DNA from: Lama glama
Taxonomy: Eukaryota
Length of the DNA: 64,000 bases
Assembly (NCBI GenBank): GCA_028534125.1
Contig: CM052817.1
Coordinates: 8,620,001-8,684,000, forward strand
Reading direction: 5' to 3'
Positions 1 through 13,082 of the stretch are shown here, in pieces. Numbering within the stretch: position 1 is the first letter of the stretch; each line of letters opens with the position of its first letter. The position numbers were made by a program, and so were the translations under genes. The notes below the pieces were generated by a model. That model did no database searches. It was not told where the DNA came from and worked only from the letters and a program-made list of their open reading frames with translations.

Positions 1-1082
1 ACTTAGTAATATGTGTTTAATGTTCCTCCACGTGTTTTCATGGCTTGGTAGCTCATTTCTTTTGAGCCCTGAGTAATAGTGCATTGTCTGGATGTGATAC
101 AGTTTTATTATCCATTCACCTACTAAAGGACATCTTGGTTGCTTCCAAGTTTTGGCAATTATGAATGAAGCTACTATAAACATATGTGTCCAGGTTGTTG
201 TGTGGATGTTAGTTTTCAATTACTTTGGCTAAATACCAAGGGATGTGATTGCTGAATCGTGTTGAGACTATGTTTAGTTTTGTTAAAAACTGTCTTTCAA
301 AGTGGTCGTGTTTTTTTGCATTGCTACCAGCAATGAATGAGAGTTCCTATTGCCCCACATCCTCATCTGCAAGCATTTGATGTTGTCAGTGTTTCGGATT
401 TTAGCCATTTTAGTAGGCGTATAGTGGCATCTCATTGTTGCAATTTGAAATCCCCTAGTAACATATGATGCTGAACATCTTTCATATACTTATTTACCAT
501 CTCTGTATCTTCTTTGGTACAGTGTCTGTTCAGATCTCTCGCCCATTTTTAAATTGGCCTTTTTTGTTTTCCTATTTAAGAGTTCCTTGTATACTCTTTT
601 TATATTTCTTATTTAAGAATTCTCTCTTATTTAAGAATCTAAATATAAAAAGTGAAAGCATACAAGTAGTATATGGGTGAGCTCCTCTTTAACTTCGGAA
701 TAGGAAAGACTTTCTAATTTCTATGTGTAAAGGAAAGACAATCCTTTATCAGATGTCTTTTACAAACACTTTCTCCCAGTCTGTGGCTTGTCTTCTCATT
801 CTCTTTATAGTGTCTTTCACAGAGCAGACATTTTTAATTTAATAAAGTTCAGCTTATCAATTATTGCTTTCACGGGTCATGCCTTTGATGTTGTATCCAA
901 AAAGTCATCAGCATATCCAAGGTCGTGTAGACTTTCTCCTATATTATCTTCTAAGAGCCTTACAGTTTTGAATTTTACACTTCTGTTTATGATCTGTTTG
1001 GCGTTAATTTTTGTGAAGGGCATAATGTTTGTGTCTAGATTCATCTTTAGCATGTGGATGTCCAGTTGTCCGAGCACCTTTT
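1..1082 (-). mobile_element. Old L1 (L1MB/L1MC-like) 3' ORF2/3'UTR fragment, antisense
   Basis: Typical antisense L1 text (ggacatcttggttgcttccaagttttggcaattatgaat; aatgaatgagagttcct). Minus ORF 877..1077 (MPFTKINAKQIINRSVKFKTVRLLEDNIGESLHDLGYADDFLDTTSKA) resembles L1 ORF2p TPYTKINSRWIKDLNV...LEENLG...DF..KT.KA. Confidence 0.85.
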
Positions 1083-1660
1083 GTTTTCCTACTTTTAAAT
1101 CTTTGTCAACCTGAGAGGTGAGAAAGATACCCCAGTGTTGTTGTAACTTGCATTTCTTTAATTATGAGTTAATTTGAATATTTTTATATGTTTGAGGGCT
1201 ATTATATATATATGTTTTTTTGACTTATCTGTTTATATATTTTTTTCTGTATTTCCACCATTTTTTGTCTTGGAAGTTTTAAGAATTCCTTATTTATTAG
1301 GAGTCTTAAACCTTTGTATATGGCACACATTACAAATATTGTCTCACTATTTTTTAGTTCTCTTGATTTTTATGGTGTTTTGTGTCATGAGTTTTTACAA
1401 ATTTTTCTGTAGTCAGCTTTATCAGTCTTTTCTTTATTGCCTCTACATTTCAAGTCATAATTACCAAGTCTTTTCTACTCTGAAATTAAAGAGGAATTCA
1501 CTCATATAGTACATGTATGGTTTTATATTTTATACTTAAATTTTAAGCCATTTAGTGTTGATTCTTGTGTATAGTGTGAGATATGAATCTAATTTTAACT
1601 TTTTTTTTCAAATGGCTACCCAACTCTCCTAGCACCATTTATTTAAAAATCCATCTTTGT
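1083..1660 (-). mobile_element. Second, more degraded L1 ORF2 fragment (L1MC-like), antisense
   Basis: T-rich antisense L1 motifs, e.g. attcttgtgtatagtgtgagatatgaatctaattt and caaatggctacccaactctcctagcaccatttattt. Confidence 0.7.
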
Positions 1661-2384
1661 CCAGAATTTATCTTGATCACTGTGTTTTGGGGCATCTGCT
1701 GTTTGCTACAGTCTTTATTATTAATAAAATGAGATACTAGACTTTTCTTTCGCTAACACTTGAAGAACACTGTTTCAGTATATATGTATTTATATATTTA
1801 TAATTTGATTGCCAGTGAACTGTAGCTTCTCCTTAACATCCACATAAAACAGCAGCTTACCTACTGGGCCAGTTGAAGGGGAATGCTGTCAGACACTGCA
1901 GCTCTCTCTGTAACTCAGCCTGGTACTCTGCAACTGCCAGCTGGAGTGTTGGAGATGGCTTAAACATCCTTCCACAGAACAACCTTTGCTGTTCAAAGTG
2001 GATGTTAAAATCATCACTCTCGTTTTAGGAAGCCAAGGCCCTTTTTGTATACCATTTACCACTCCTACCCTCACCCCCATATGGTAGCCTATAGGTTGTA
2101 GATTATGGGGGACTGATTTATTGTCTGCATTGCTGATTAGTATATATTCAGGGTCTAGTAAAGTACCTCATACACAGTGAGTAATAAATTAAATCTTTAT
2201 TTAATGCCTATGAGAGTAAAAGAATAAATGAGTGATTACTGTATTCCTGTTAAATTCTTTCAAGTACAGTGTTGAACCAGTTATGATATCATGTTAGCAG
2301 ACATTACATACCTATTTCTTAATCATATTTAAATAAGAAAAATGGCATTTATGAATGTGTGTTTTCACTAGGGATCAGTTATCT

Positions 2385-2575
2385 GTGGGTGTTTCTGCTC
2401 TGGATTAGGTATTACACTTAGACAGTCACTTCTGTAAGCTCACTTCATTCTCATTGCCATCCTATGAAGTAGACATTACCTGCTTAGCAATGAGGGAAGG
2501 GAGCTCAGAAAGTTTCAGTGATTTGCTAAGATTATGCCAGATCTTTGGGCTTCAACTCTACGTATCTTTTTTCAA
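2385..2575 (-). mobile_element. MIR SINE fragment
   Basis: MIR core: cctatgaagtagacattacc...aatgagggaagggagctcagaaagtttcagtgatttgctaag. Confidence 0.6.
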
Positions 2576-3364
2576 CAGTATATTGAGAAGTGTTAGATTT
2601 TTTTCTTCCAAATGCAGAACCTAGGGAAGTATAATAAAGGTCACAACTCACTCCTTGCCATGGCTGATGTGTGATAATTTACTGATATTTACAATTTCTT
2701 GAGAAAGTGTCGGAATTTTGCTGCTTCCTGCAATATTATTAGCATACCCTAATCTGTAGCAGGTAATAAATAATTCAGACTGAATTTGGCAAGAACAAAT
2801 GTTTATCCTTTTCTACTTTCTGTTGGCTTGGGAGGAAATTATTTTCCTTTCTTAATTGTTTACTGAACAAAAATGTATTTACATTGTTTTCTAAGCCATG
2901 TGTGTGGTCTGGCCTATTTCCCCCCATTGCTTTGATGAATAAATTGTGTAAAATCCACTTGCTTTAGTAGCAGGAGATCCTGCTAAGAAAACGTTCAGTT
3001 AGACTCACACAATAAAGCACATCAATCTGATGCCTGGGTCAGATTTAAGAAATCAGTTCTCCCCTGCTTCCAAAGAAGTCATTTTATTCTGGAAGACAAA
3101 CTGTCACGGTACAACTTGGAAAATGAAAATCTTTATTTAGAACCACTCTGGGTTTTCTGATGGGTCAATAGTCGTATTTAATGTATGTAAAGATAGGTCA
3201 AAGGCAGTTTCAAATAATGATGACATTTTCTTAGTCAGGGCTTACTGGGCCCCTCCTGATAACGACATGATGGGAATATCATGCATTTGTCTAGGGCGTT
3301 TTATTGTCAGCACAGTGTGGTTCTGCATCTGGAGTCCAGTCCTGCATCTGGATGGGCAGGAGGA

Positions 3365-3550
3365 TGGAAGCAGAGATGGATTTGGAGTCAGACACTTTAG
3401 GTTCAATTTCCAGTTGAATGACTTGTTAGTGACTCGACTGAAACAAGTGAATTACCCTTTCTGAATCAAGTAAAATGTGTAAATTTAAATGAGATTTGCA
3501 TATGAAACGCTTTGATATAATTTAAAACACTATGCAAATGTAACATTTTT
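3365..3550 (+). mobile_element. MIR SINE fragment
   Basis: tttggagtcagacactttaggttcaatttccag...gaaacaagtgaattaccctttctgaatc. Confidence 0.55.
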
Positions 3551-4347
3551 TATTCCTACCATTTTTCTTGTATTTTTTTCTTCTCACTGACTTAGTAAGG
3601 GAGATAAAGTTGGCAACACCCACCGAAACTTGCTTGAGACATGTGCAGAATAAAGTTTCTGGTTATGCCCGTTTTGTAAGGAGAGCTGCCTTTGGAGAGG
3701 GAGAAAGCACAGGTCTTCCTGCCCAGGCTTTTACCAGCTTTTTTTTCTTTCTTACACATATACCACTCTGTGCTGATTCCTTTTCAGATGCTGGGAAGAG
3801 ACTGAAGAAGACCACGTTTACCCTGCTTACTCAATTGTACTGCTGCGTAAGGCTCAGGGACTATTAGCAAAGGGTAAACCCTAATTCCTCCCTTCAAGGT
3901 GCTCATGAAGTATTAGGAGGGAAAGGCTGACACACCACTAAATAATTGTGATTGATCAGACCCACTTCACAGGCTTCCAGAAAAAATATATTATATTTCT
4001 CTTGTTCTTCAGACTCTTGGCTGAAGTCTCCTTTGCTTTAGTTTGCCACAAGTTCAAATTCTCTCTTGAGTTCTTCTTCTTCCTCCTACACCAGCTGGCC
4101 AAGAAGCATGGGATTAACTGTATCTCCATACAACAGAGAGAGAGAATAAAGCAAAATGATCAGTCCTCCTGTGGCCCGTCACATGGTGCTGTGGTTCTTT
4201 TGCTGCTCCCTGGTGCCTCACTACTCTTTGTGTCCCTGAGGAAGAACCAGCAGCATTTCGTGGTTGTGGCTCTGTAGCTTGCACTCACATGCTCGTGGTT
4301 CTAAAGCATGGCAGTGGCTGCTTAGACGGCATTTCTTTTCTTTCATG

Positions 4348-5370
4348 ACCTATCCAATGTGGTGGCCACCTGTGAACTAGAGCACTTGAAATGTGGCTAG
4401 TCCAAACAGAGGTGCACTTATAGAAAATACATCCTTCCCACACTGTTGGTGAGAATGTAAATTGGTGCAGCCACTATGGAAAACAGTATGGAGGTTCCTT
4501 AAAAAACTAAAAATAGAGCTACCATATGATCCAGCAATCCTATTCCTGGGCATATATCTTAAAAGATGAAAATTCTAATTCAAAAAAATGTTCAAATACA
4601 GCAGCACTATTTACAAAAGAAAAGACATCGAAACAACCCAAGTGCCCATCAGATGATTGATTTAAGATGTGGTATATACACAATGGAATATTACTCATCC
4701 CCCCAAAAAAGAAATATTGCCATTTGCACCACATGGATGGATCCAGAGAATAGCATACTAAGTGAAATAAATCAGACAGAGAAAAACAAGTATCATATTA
4801 TATTACTCATTTGTGGACTCTAAAAAGTAAAACAAATAAATCTGTATACAAAACAGAAACAGACTCAAAGACATGGAAAACAAACTCATCGTTACTAAAG
4901 GGGAAAGGAAGTTGGGGAGGGGTAAATTAGGAGTATGGGATTAACAGATGCAATATACTATACATAAAATAGATAAGGAACAAATATTTATAGTATAGCA
5001 CAGGAAACTATAGTCAATATCATGTAATAATTCTTTAATGGAAAACAATCTGAAAAAAAAATATATATAACTGAATCACTTTCCTGTACACCTAAAAGTA
5101 ACACCATATTGTAAATCAACTACACATCAATAAAAAAAGAAAATACAGACTTGATTTCAAGATTTAACAAATAAAAATGAATATAAAACTATCCCATCAA
5201 TAATTTTTATATTATTTATTTATTGAGATGATAATATTTGTAGTATATTATGTTGAATGAGATATAGTATTAAAATTAAGCACATGTTTCTTCCTACTTT
5301 TTTAAAAATGTGGCAACTAGAAAATTAGAATTACATATGTGATTTGCAGTATATTCCTATCAGGTATTAC
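4348..5370 (+). mobile_element. MER33 (hAT-Charlie non-autonomous) split by an L1 insertion
   Basis: The 5' part tccaatgtggtggccac...gagcacttgaaatgtggctagtcc (4348-4431) resumes after the L1 as gatttcaagatttaac...aaatgtggcaactagaaaattagaattacatatgtg (5148-5370). Confidence 0.8.
4432..5137 (+). mobile_element. 5'-truncated cetartiodactyl-type L1 3' end with 10-bp TSD
   Basis: L1 ORF2 end plus 3'UTR (cactgttggtgagaatgtaaattggtgcagccactatgg ... tatagcacaggaaactatagtcaatatc), A tail, TSD AGAAAATACA at 4422-4431 and 5138-5147. Confidence 0.92.
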
Positions 5371-6445
5371 CAGTTTAGTTGGTGGTGTTTTCAGATTACT
5401 TGTTTAACTGCTTCTCTCCATGATAATTTCCCCTTGGTGTTCTTTGGTGTTTTTTATCACTAGCAACTTTGAATTCTGACCATCATCATTCATCAGAGAT
5501 GCTCTTAGATAGTGGCCCTTAAAAGAGAAAGAGGTCGGAATCTAGACCCTTTTCTTTTCAGGACGCTCCTTCTCTTGTTCGCAAATGTACTGAGCCCTGT
5601 CTCAGTGCCAGCTGCACGTATCAATGAGCATCCACTTGTCTTCCACTTAAGAGATTCGAATTGCTCTAGTGATTTCTCTCAGAACAGAGACAAGTTGGTG
5701 CCTCCACCCAGACTGGTGTAAAGCTGGTAATGCTTTAAGCAGCATAATTTATTATGCAACATGACGAGCCACTTCATCAGTTTCATTCTTACCATCTATA
5801 AAATAGGTACAGCATGCTCTACCAACTTGATGAACAAAGTCCATAATGTGGTTGGCAGATTTTATAACACTAGGACCGAAAACAAAAACCCAGGAGGAAT
5901 TTAAACTGTCAAGTGTGTTTAAATGGTGTTATCTGCACACCAGCTCATCTCAGAGAGAAAAACAAAAAGAAGCAGCTGATGGGATTGAATCAGCTAGAGA
6001 TGTGGTTCCCCTAGAAGCAAGAGAAATGTGTGAGAGCTTCAGGCATAACTCTGTGTGCCAGCATCAAAGCTCTAATAACATGCCTACTACCCCCCGGGGC
6101 CAAAACAAATTCTTCAGTGATCCCACAGCCAGATCATCTTCCTCAAATAAAGCATCCCTCACTGTAACAAAGTCCTTAAGTCTTAAGAAAGGACTTAGTG
6201 TGGATTATAGCAAACATCTCAGTACATCTTTCACAGCAAGGATCTTCAAGCTCCACTGGGGTGAATTTTAAATATGATCTCATTAACATATCCCTTTCTA
6301 CAGCTTAGAAAATACAGGGAGGCACTCAGAATGTGAAACCTGGATTCCTTTCACTAAAGGAGTGCAAAATATTTGCAAAGTGGTAATTAATGGGATTCAA
6401 AGCCACTAGCCAAGGGAGCATCTGGGATAGCCAAGTGAGCTTCAG

Positions 6446-8765
6446 AAGCAATTAGCCTCAGGGATACTGTGGGTTTGGTCCCAGACCATGAAAATAAAGC
6501 AAATGTCAAAATAAAGTGAGTCATACAATTTTTTTTTTTGGTTTCCAGTGTATATGAAAGTTATTCTTACACTACACTGTAGTCTATTAAGTATATAATA
6601 GCATTATGTCTAAAATACGATAATAAAAATACTTTACTGCTAAAATATGCTAACCATCATCTGAGCCTTTGGCACGTTGTCATCTTTTTGCTGGTGGAGG
6701 GTCTTGCCTTGAAGTTGATGGTGCTGACTGATCAGGATGGTGGTTTCTGAAAGGCTGGTGTGACTGTGGTGATTTCTTTCAATAAGACAACCATGATGTT
6801 TGCCCTATTGATTGACTTTTCCTTTCACAAATGATTTCTCAATGCTGTTTGACAGTATTTTACCCACAGTAGAACTTCTTTTAAAATTGGTGTCAATCCT
6901 CTCAAATTCTGGTGCTGCTTTATCAACTAAGTTTATGTGATATTCTAAATCTTTTGTTGTCATTTCAACAATCTTCACAGCATCTTCACCAGAAATAAAT
7001 TCCACTTAAGAAAGCACTTTCTTTGCATATCCATAAGAAGCAACTCCTCATTCATTCAAATTTTATCTTGATATGGCAGCAATCCAGTCATATCGCTAAG
7101 CTCCACTTCTAATTCTAGTTCTCTTGCTATTTCCATCACATCTACAGTTACTTCCACCACTGAGGTCTTGAAATGCTCCAAGTCATTCACGATGGCTGGA
7201 ATCAATTTTTTTCCAAAATCCTGCCAAAGTTGGTAGTCTGAATTCTTCCTATGAACCATGAATGTTCTTTATGGCAAATAGAATGGTGAATCCTTTCCAG
7301 AGGTTTTCAATTTACTTTGCCCAGAGCCATTGGAGGAATCGCTGTCTATGGGCACTATAGTCTGACAAAATGTAGTTCTTAAATAATAAGACATGATCCA
7401 TGGCTGCAGAATGGTTGTTGTGTAAGGAAGCATGAAAACAGTATCGATATCTTTGTACGTCTCCATCAGAGCTCTTGTGTGACCAGGTACATTATCTGTG
7501 AGCAGTCATATTTAGAAAGGAATATTTTCTTTTTTTTTTTATGTCTGAGAAGTAGGAATCAATGGCAGGCTTCAAACATTTAGTAAACCATGTTGTAAAC
7601 AAATGTGTTGTTGTCTGGGCTTTGCTGTTCCATTTATAGAGCACAGGCAGAGAAGATTTAGCATACTTCTTAAGGAGCCTAGGATTTTTGGAATGGAAAA
7701 TGATTACTGACTTCAGCTTAAAATCATCAACTGCATTAGCCCCAGACCGTCCTTTGAAGCACTGAAGCCAGGCACTGGCTTCTCCTCTCTAGCTATGACA
7801 TTTTAGATGTTATCCTCCTTCAGCATAAGGCTGTTTTGTCTACACTAAAGAAGACTGCCTGTTCTTTAGTGTAGCCACCTTCATTGTCTTAACTAGATCT
7901 TCTGGATGACCTACTGCAACTTCTCCATCACCACTTGCTACTTCATCTTGCGCTTTTATGTTATGAAGATGGCTCATTTCCTTAAACTATATGACCCAAC
8001 CTCTGCTAGCTTCAGGCTATTTCTCTGTGGCTCTCTTGCCTCTCTCAGCCTTCACAGAATTGAAGAGACTTAGGGCCTTGCTCTGGATTAGGCTTTAGCT
8101 TAAGAGAGTGCTGTGGCTGGTTTGATCTTCTACCCAGATCACTAAAACTTTCTCCAGATCAGCAATAAGGCTGTTTCATTTTCTTCTTCTTCTTTTTTTT
8201 TTTTTCAAGAATTCTTCCTGTGTAATCACAGTTTGGTTGTTTGGTGCAGCTTTTGGCCTAGCTCAGCTTTCCACGTGCCTTCTTCACTACACTTAGTAAT
8301 TTCTAGTTTTTAATTTAAAGTGAGAGATTTGGGACTATTCCATACGGTGAACACTTAAAGGCCGTGGTAGGATTATTAATTGGCATAATTTCAGAATTGT
8401 TGTGTCCCAGAGAATGGGGAGGGGGCCCAGGAGAGGGAGAAAGATGAGGGAATGGTGGGTACATGGGGCAGTAAGAACACACACAACATTTATAGATTTG
8501 GTTAGCTGTCTTGCATGGACTGGTTACAATAATAACATCAAAGATCACTGATCACAGTTCACCATAGCAAAGATAGTAATAATGAAAAAGCTTGAAATAT
8601 TTTGAGCATTACCAAAATGTGACACAGAGACATGAAATGAGAAAATGTTGTTGGACACTGGACCACTCCAATTTGAAGCAGGGTTGCCACAAACTTTCAG
8701 TTAGTTAAAACTGCAACATGTGCAAAACACAATAAAGCAAAGCACAATAAATTGAGGCATGCCTA
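6446..8765 (-). mobile_element. Tigger1 (TcMar-Tigger/pogo) DNA transposon, near full length (about 2.3 kb), decayed
   Basis: Degenerate termini (cctcagggatactgtgggtttggtcccagacca at left; ataaattgaggcatgccta at right) and three minus-strand transposase-like ORF fragments. Confidence 0.92.
6805..7466 (-). pseudogene. Tigger1 transposase (TIGD1-like) DDE-region/C-terminal relic, frameshifted
   Basis: ORF pieces 7269..7466 (VFMLPYTTTILQP...SYYLR...IDSDSSNGSGQSKLKT), 7056..7259 (KKLIP...[23 protein letters not shown]) and 6805..7005 ([46 protein letters not shown]) match Tigger1 transposase motifs. They are broken by stops and frameshifts. Confidence 0.88.
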
Positions 8766-9149
8766 TGCTCAGAAAACCCTAGGCTTCTTTTCAGTCTAGA
8801 AAGAGATGTTCAGTTTAAAAAGGAGCTATTGTGTACCTCCTCAGTAGCTACAGAGTGCTGAAGTGTTAAAACGAGGTCCTAATTATTTAAACAAGAGTGG
8901 GAATGAGGAAGGGGCGTTGACTATTACTCTGTCTGGCTCTGGTATCCCAGGAGATATGGATTATGAGGTACACCTTCTGCAGGTATTGAAGGTTGGGGAT
9001 GGGTGGTGGGAGCTTGGGGGTTTGATTCAAAACGCTGGGCTGAGATGACCTAAGGAACAGAGGTAGATAAAAGGCCTTTCTGCTCAGGAAAATCTGCTCT
9101 CCCACTCTAACGTCTTCTAAAGAGAGTCATCAAGTCAAATCTGTGACTG

Positions 9150-9675
9150 GCAATCCTAGAATTAAAGTTAAAATACATGCTCACAAACAGATATGTAAGC
9201 ACACATTCATAACAACTTTATTCATAGCAGTGAAGCACAAAGTAAACATTCACCAACATGTTAATGGATACAGAATTGTAGCATCTTCATGCAGTGGAAT
9301 ACTTCTCAGTCATGAAAAACTAACAAACTACTGATAAATAAAAATAGCATGGATGAATCTCAAAAACCTTATACTTGGTACAAAAAGATCAGAAAATAAA
9401 ACGATGTATTATATTATTTCATCTATATAAAGTTCTAGAATAGGAGAAACTAAATTATGGTGACAGGTGTCAGAGCTGTAATTGTCTTTAGGGATGAGAA
9501 TTGACAGGGATGTGATACTAAGAGGGAACTTTCTGGAATGATAAAAATGTTCTGCATCATTGTTTGGGATAGTGTTTGTACAAATGTATACATTTGTCAG
9601 AACCCATCAAAATGTAAATAAAATCTGTGTTTCATTCTATATAAATTATATATAATTATACTCCCATTTTTAAAA
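9150..9675 (+). mobile_element. Old L1 (L1MB/L1ME-like) 3' end
   Basis: acaactttattcatagc...gcatggatgaatctcaaaaac...gggaactttctggaatgataaaaatgttctg. Confidence 0.75.
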
Positions 9676-10504
9676 CAGTAGAAGGATAAAAGCCATTTTT
9701 CAAGTTTAAATGCAATTTCCTTAAATCACAGCTGTCACAGGTCTATGGGTTCAATCTGACTTCAAGATTCATCCATACATGCAGTCTTCTCTTTTCCATG
9801 GCTTTTAATAAAACTTTAGTCCTGCACTATTTTCCCGAGAAATTGGGAGAAAAGGAAAAGAAGCCTGAACATGAATGGGCTTTTTTTCCACCAGATAAAG
9901 GGTTAGCCCAAGCATTTGTCTTTAAAAGGTGAAAGAATAATTTCCCTTTCATCAAATGTCTTGTTTCAGAGATGGTTTTAATGAAAATTGGCCTACAATG
10001 GTTCCCTTAGCAACTAGCAACTAACATCTGAAGTAGAACTTGGAGTTTGAGAAAAAAATCTTGAATTATTCTGTCACTTTTCCAAAGGGACCAGTATCTG
10101 GAAAAAAGCATCTTCCTTTCGAACAGAACAACTGTAAAGATAACATAGACTTTAAAACAGAGAGATGATAAACCAGGTTTTACTGTACACTTTCTATTTC
10201 CTTGATAGTCAGTCAGCAAACTTTATTCTGGCCTCAGTCTGTGTCTGTTGATCTGTCATGTTCAAGTGAGTATATGATGAATAAGTGAGCCTGCATGTGG
10301 ACCACTGAAACTAAATTCTCTACCACGTATTTTATAATTTTTCAACTACTCTTGATAAAGTAAGCAATCTTATCTCAGTTGGTGTAAAAATGATCTCATA
10401 TAAACACCAAAAGAGCATGGGGGGCCTAATGATAATAATTAATAATAATATCTACGCTCCAGTTTCCTGACTTTGATGGGTTTTCTTTGACTTTCAAACA
10501 TAAG

Positions 10505-10549
10505 ATGATAAGAATGATGATGGTGGTGGTGGTGGTGGTGGTGGTGATG
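10505..10549. repeat. (GAT)n(GGT)n trinucleotide microsatellite
   Basis: atgatgatggtggtggtggtggtggtggtggtgatga seen directly. Confidence 0.9.
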
Positions 10550-12239
10550 AAACTGCTTGTGAGAATGCTGGCTGCCAAGGAGAATGTGGGGAGCAAATTT
10601 ACTGACTGCAATAATTTCACACAAGGAGTTTCATCTTGTGGCTGGACCACTCTCCATTCCCTTGCTCATACTATCGTATTTCTACAGCTCCTGGACATGC
10701 ACCTTCCCCACCAGTGACTTTTTTCCTCACCATCACATGATCAATATATGCTTATTCTTATAATAGGAGGGTTCTACCTGGCACAAAAATAAGCTCCTAA
10801 TTATAAAGGGACCATTCATTAACTTTATGTATTTTTAAAATTCTTCTTCCACAGTGTTAATTGAGTGTGTATGAAGCACAAGACACTATTTGTCAGACAT
10901 AAAAGCACAAAACCATTAAATAATTCTGATGCATTTATATATATGATACAGATAGACATAGATAAAGATAATAAAGTTATAGAAAAACTATGGAATCATG
11001 AGTAACCAGATTTGCTAAGGTGGCTGTATGTTGGGCATTGGTTTTCAAAAGTTCAAAAGACTGCAGTGAAAGTTTTTATTTTAAGAGAAATCATTGAAAG
11101 AAGCAACTGACCTTGCTCTTCTCTGTCTCAAGTCAGAAAATAAACAGTGAAAGTGTATATTAGTGGTTTGCAAGTGATTCAGAGCAGGATGCTCAGCTAT
11201 TAGAAAGACATCGATTGGGCTAGAGGAAATGAGTTGGCTGCAGCATGAGATATAAGCCAATGCCCAGGATTGTGGGGTCAGGGAAGGATGCCAAGGCGCA
11301 CTGCATTACTTGGCAGGAATTCAAGCTCATTGCTAAAGGCCTTGCTCTTACTCTAAATCCAGGTTTTTCAATCCCTTGCAAAACTCTTACCTTGATATTC
11401 AATATTTTTCCTTCAATCTTCCCATTTTTCAAGATTGTTGATATTGATTTGAAACATTCCTCTTTGATTATGGTCCTCAAAGCCACCTTTTTAGGTTAAA
11501 ATTCATTGACTGTTTTTCAACTACTGTTCTTTTAGATTGATAATCAAATTTGTTCACAGACTCTGTTTTCAGAAATATCTCTCACTCTGGAAAATAAACA
11601 AGTCTGCCAAGAACATTAGTTGGAAAAAATATTAATGGTTCAAGAATATCAAATCCATTAGCCACCCTCACCAGACTGCTTCAAACAAGGTGTACTGGGA
11701 AGGGTCATGGCTGAACGGGAAACCAGCAGACATCAGTTCTATTCTGGGCTTGACTTCTGTGTGACCTTGAGCAATTCACTCAATTTTTCTGCAGTTCAGT
11801 TTGCTCAGGTTTCAAAAAATTGAAATGATAATACCAGGATGTTATGGAGAGTCATCAGATTAGCGAGATGCTCTGGACTCTTGAGACACAAGCTAATGTA
11901 GAAATAGAAGATATCCAAGACATGCCTCCCAGCAGTGCATCTTGTATTCTATGTACCATATTCTCCTATTTCCTTTCCTCACTGCTTTAAAGCCCCATGA
12001 ATTACTCCTTTCAAACACTGTATTGTTCTATTTGAATTGTTGCTCAGTTACAAATGATGGGATAAAGGTACAACCTACCGAAATCAGTTCAGTTCAATTC
12101 AACACAGGAAGGATTGATGGAGTACTTAGAGAAAGTAGGTTATTAATTTGATGACAATCCATAATCTCCTGATATTAGAAGAGCCTCCTGGCTTCTGTCT
12201 CTTTTTCTGAACCATAAAGCATCTGAAGTTGTTTTACTA

Positions 12240-12440
12240 ACATCACCTCATATTTGCTAAGTGATTATTAGCTGCTAAACACTTTGCTTGCCTTATTTCA
12301 TTTAGTTTTCACAACCCCATGAGGTGTGTTTTATTAATATCCCTATTTTACAGACCAGAAAACTGAGTGAGAATTAGCAAAGACTCACGATGTCCAGGAG
12401 CATAACTGCCATTCAACCTAGGGTCTCTTAGCTTCTAGCC
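12240..12440 (-). mobile_element. MIR SINE fragment
   Basis: tcacaaccccatgaggtgtgttttattaatatccctattttacagaccagaaaactgag. Confidence 0.65.
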
Positions 12441-12868
12441 ACTAACTTACAGTTTCCCATAACTAATGATTGTCAGACATGAGCATGACATGCTTTTGAA
12501 TATGTGACATGCTTGTTAAAGATACAGATTCCCACTCATGCACAGATAGTCTTGATGCTATGGCTGTTAATTGTGCTTTAGAGACATATCCAAGAACTGA
12601 AAGTGAGGGGCCCTGTTGTGGACTCGGTGAGGACAGAGGGTCAGAACAAAGACATTAGAGAAGGCCAGTATGGGACCCGCCTGTTGCTAGGTTGAGATGA
12701 GTAGATGGGTACAGCAAACCTTATGACTTTCAGTCATTAAGTGGTTAAGCAAGTGTGACTAGAGATTGACAAAATGCAACTGTTTAAGTACCACTTAGCC
12801 ACAACTCAACTCTTATTCCCATTAACCTCTGAACTGCTGAGGGAGATTGCAATAAGATAGTCACTGTA

Positions 12869-13082
12869 AGTCAGTTTCTCAACCTCAGCACTGCTTATTT
12901 TGGGCCATATAATTCTTTTTTGGTGGGGATTGCTCTCTATGCTGTAGGGTAGTTAGCAATATCCATGGCCTCTAACCCCTAGTAGCCTGAAGCATGCCCT
13001 CCCTAGCTATAAAATTTTTTTAAAAGCTCCAGATTTGTCAAATGTTCCCTGAAGGGCAATCTCCCTTGCTTGAGAACCACTC
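12869..13082 (-). mobile_element. MER20 (hAT-Charlie) near full length
   Basis: Termini tttctcaacctcagcact... and ...ttgagaaccact. Internal ctccagatttgtcaaatgttccctgaagggcaa is the reverse complement of the MER20 5' part. Confidence 0.85.

Noticed and set aside
3948..4277. Purine-rich minus-strand stretch resembling a coiled-coil exon (EEEEELKREFELVAN)
   Set aside because: It hits a stop almost at once, lacks convincing splice sites and has no recognisable homology.
6805..7466. Possible functional TIGD1-like gene
   Set aside because: Multiple stops and frameshifts inside a transposon with termini, so a fossil.
10426..10717. ORFs with poly-His, poly-Thr or poly-Val runs
   Set aside because: They are translations of the (GGT/GAT)n microsatellite, with no other coding signal.
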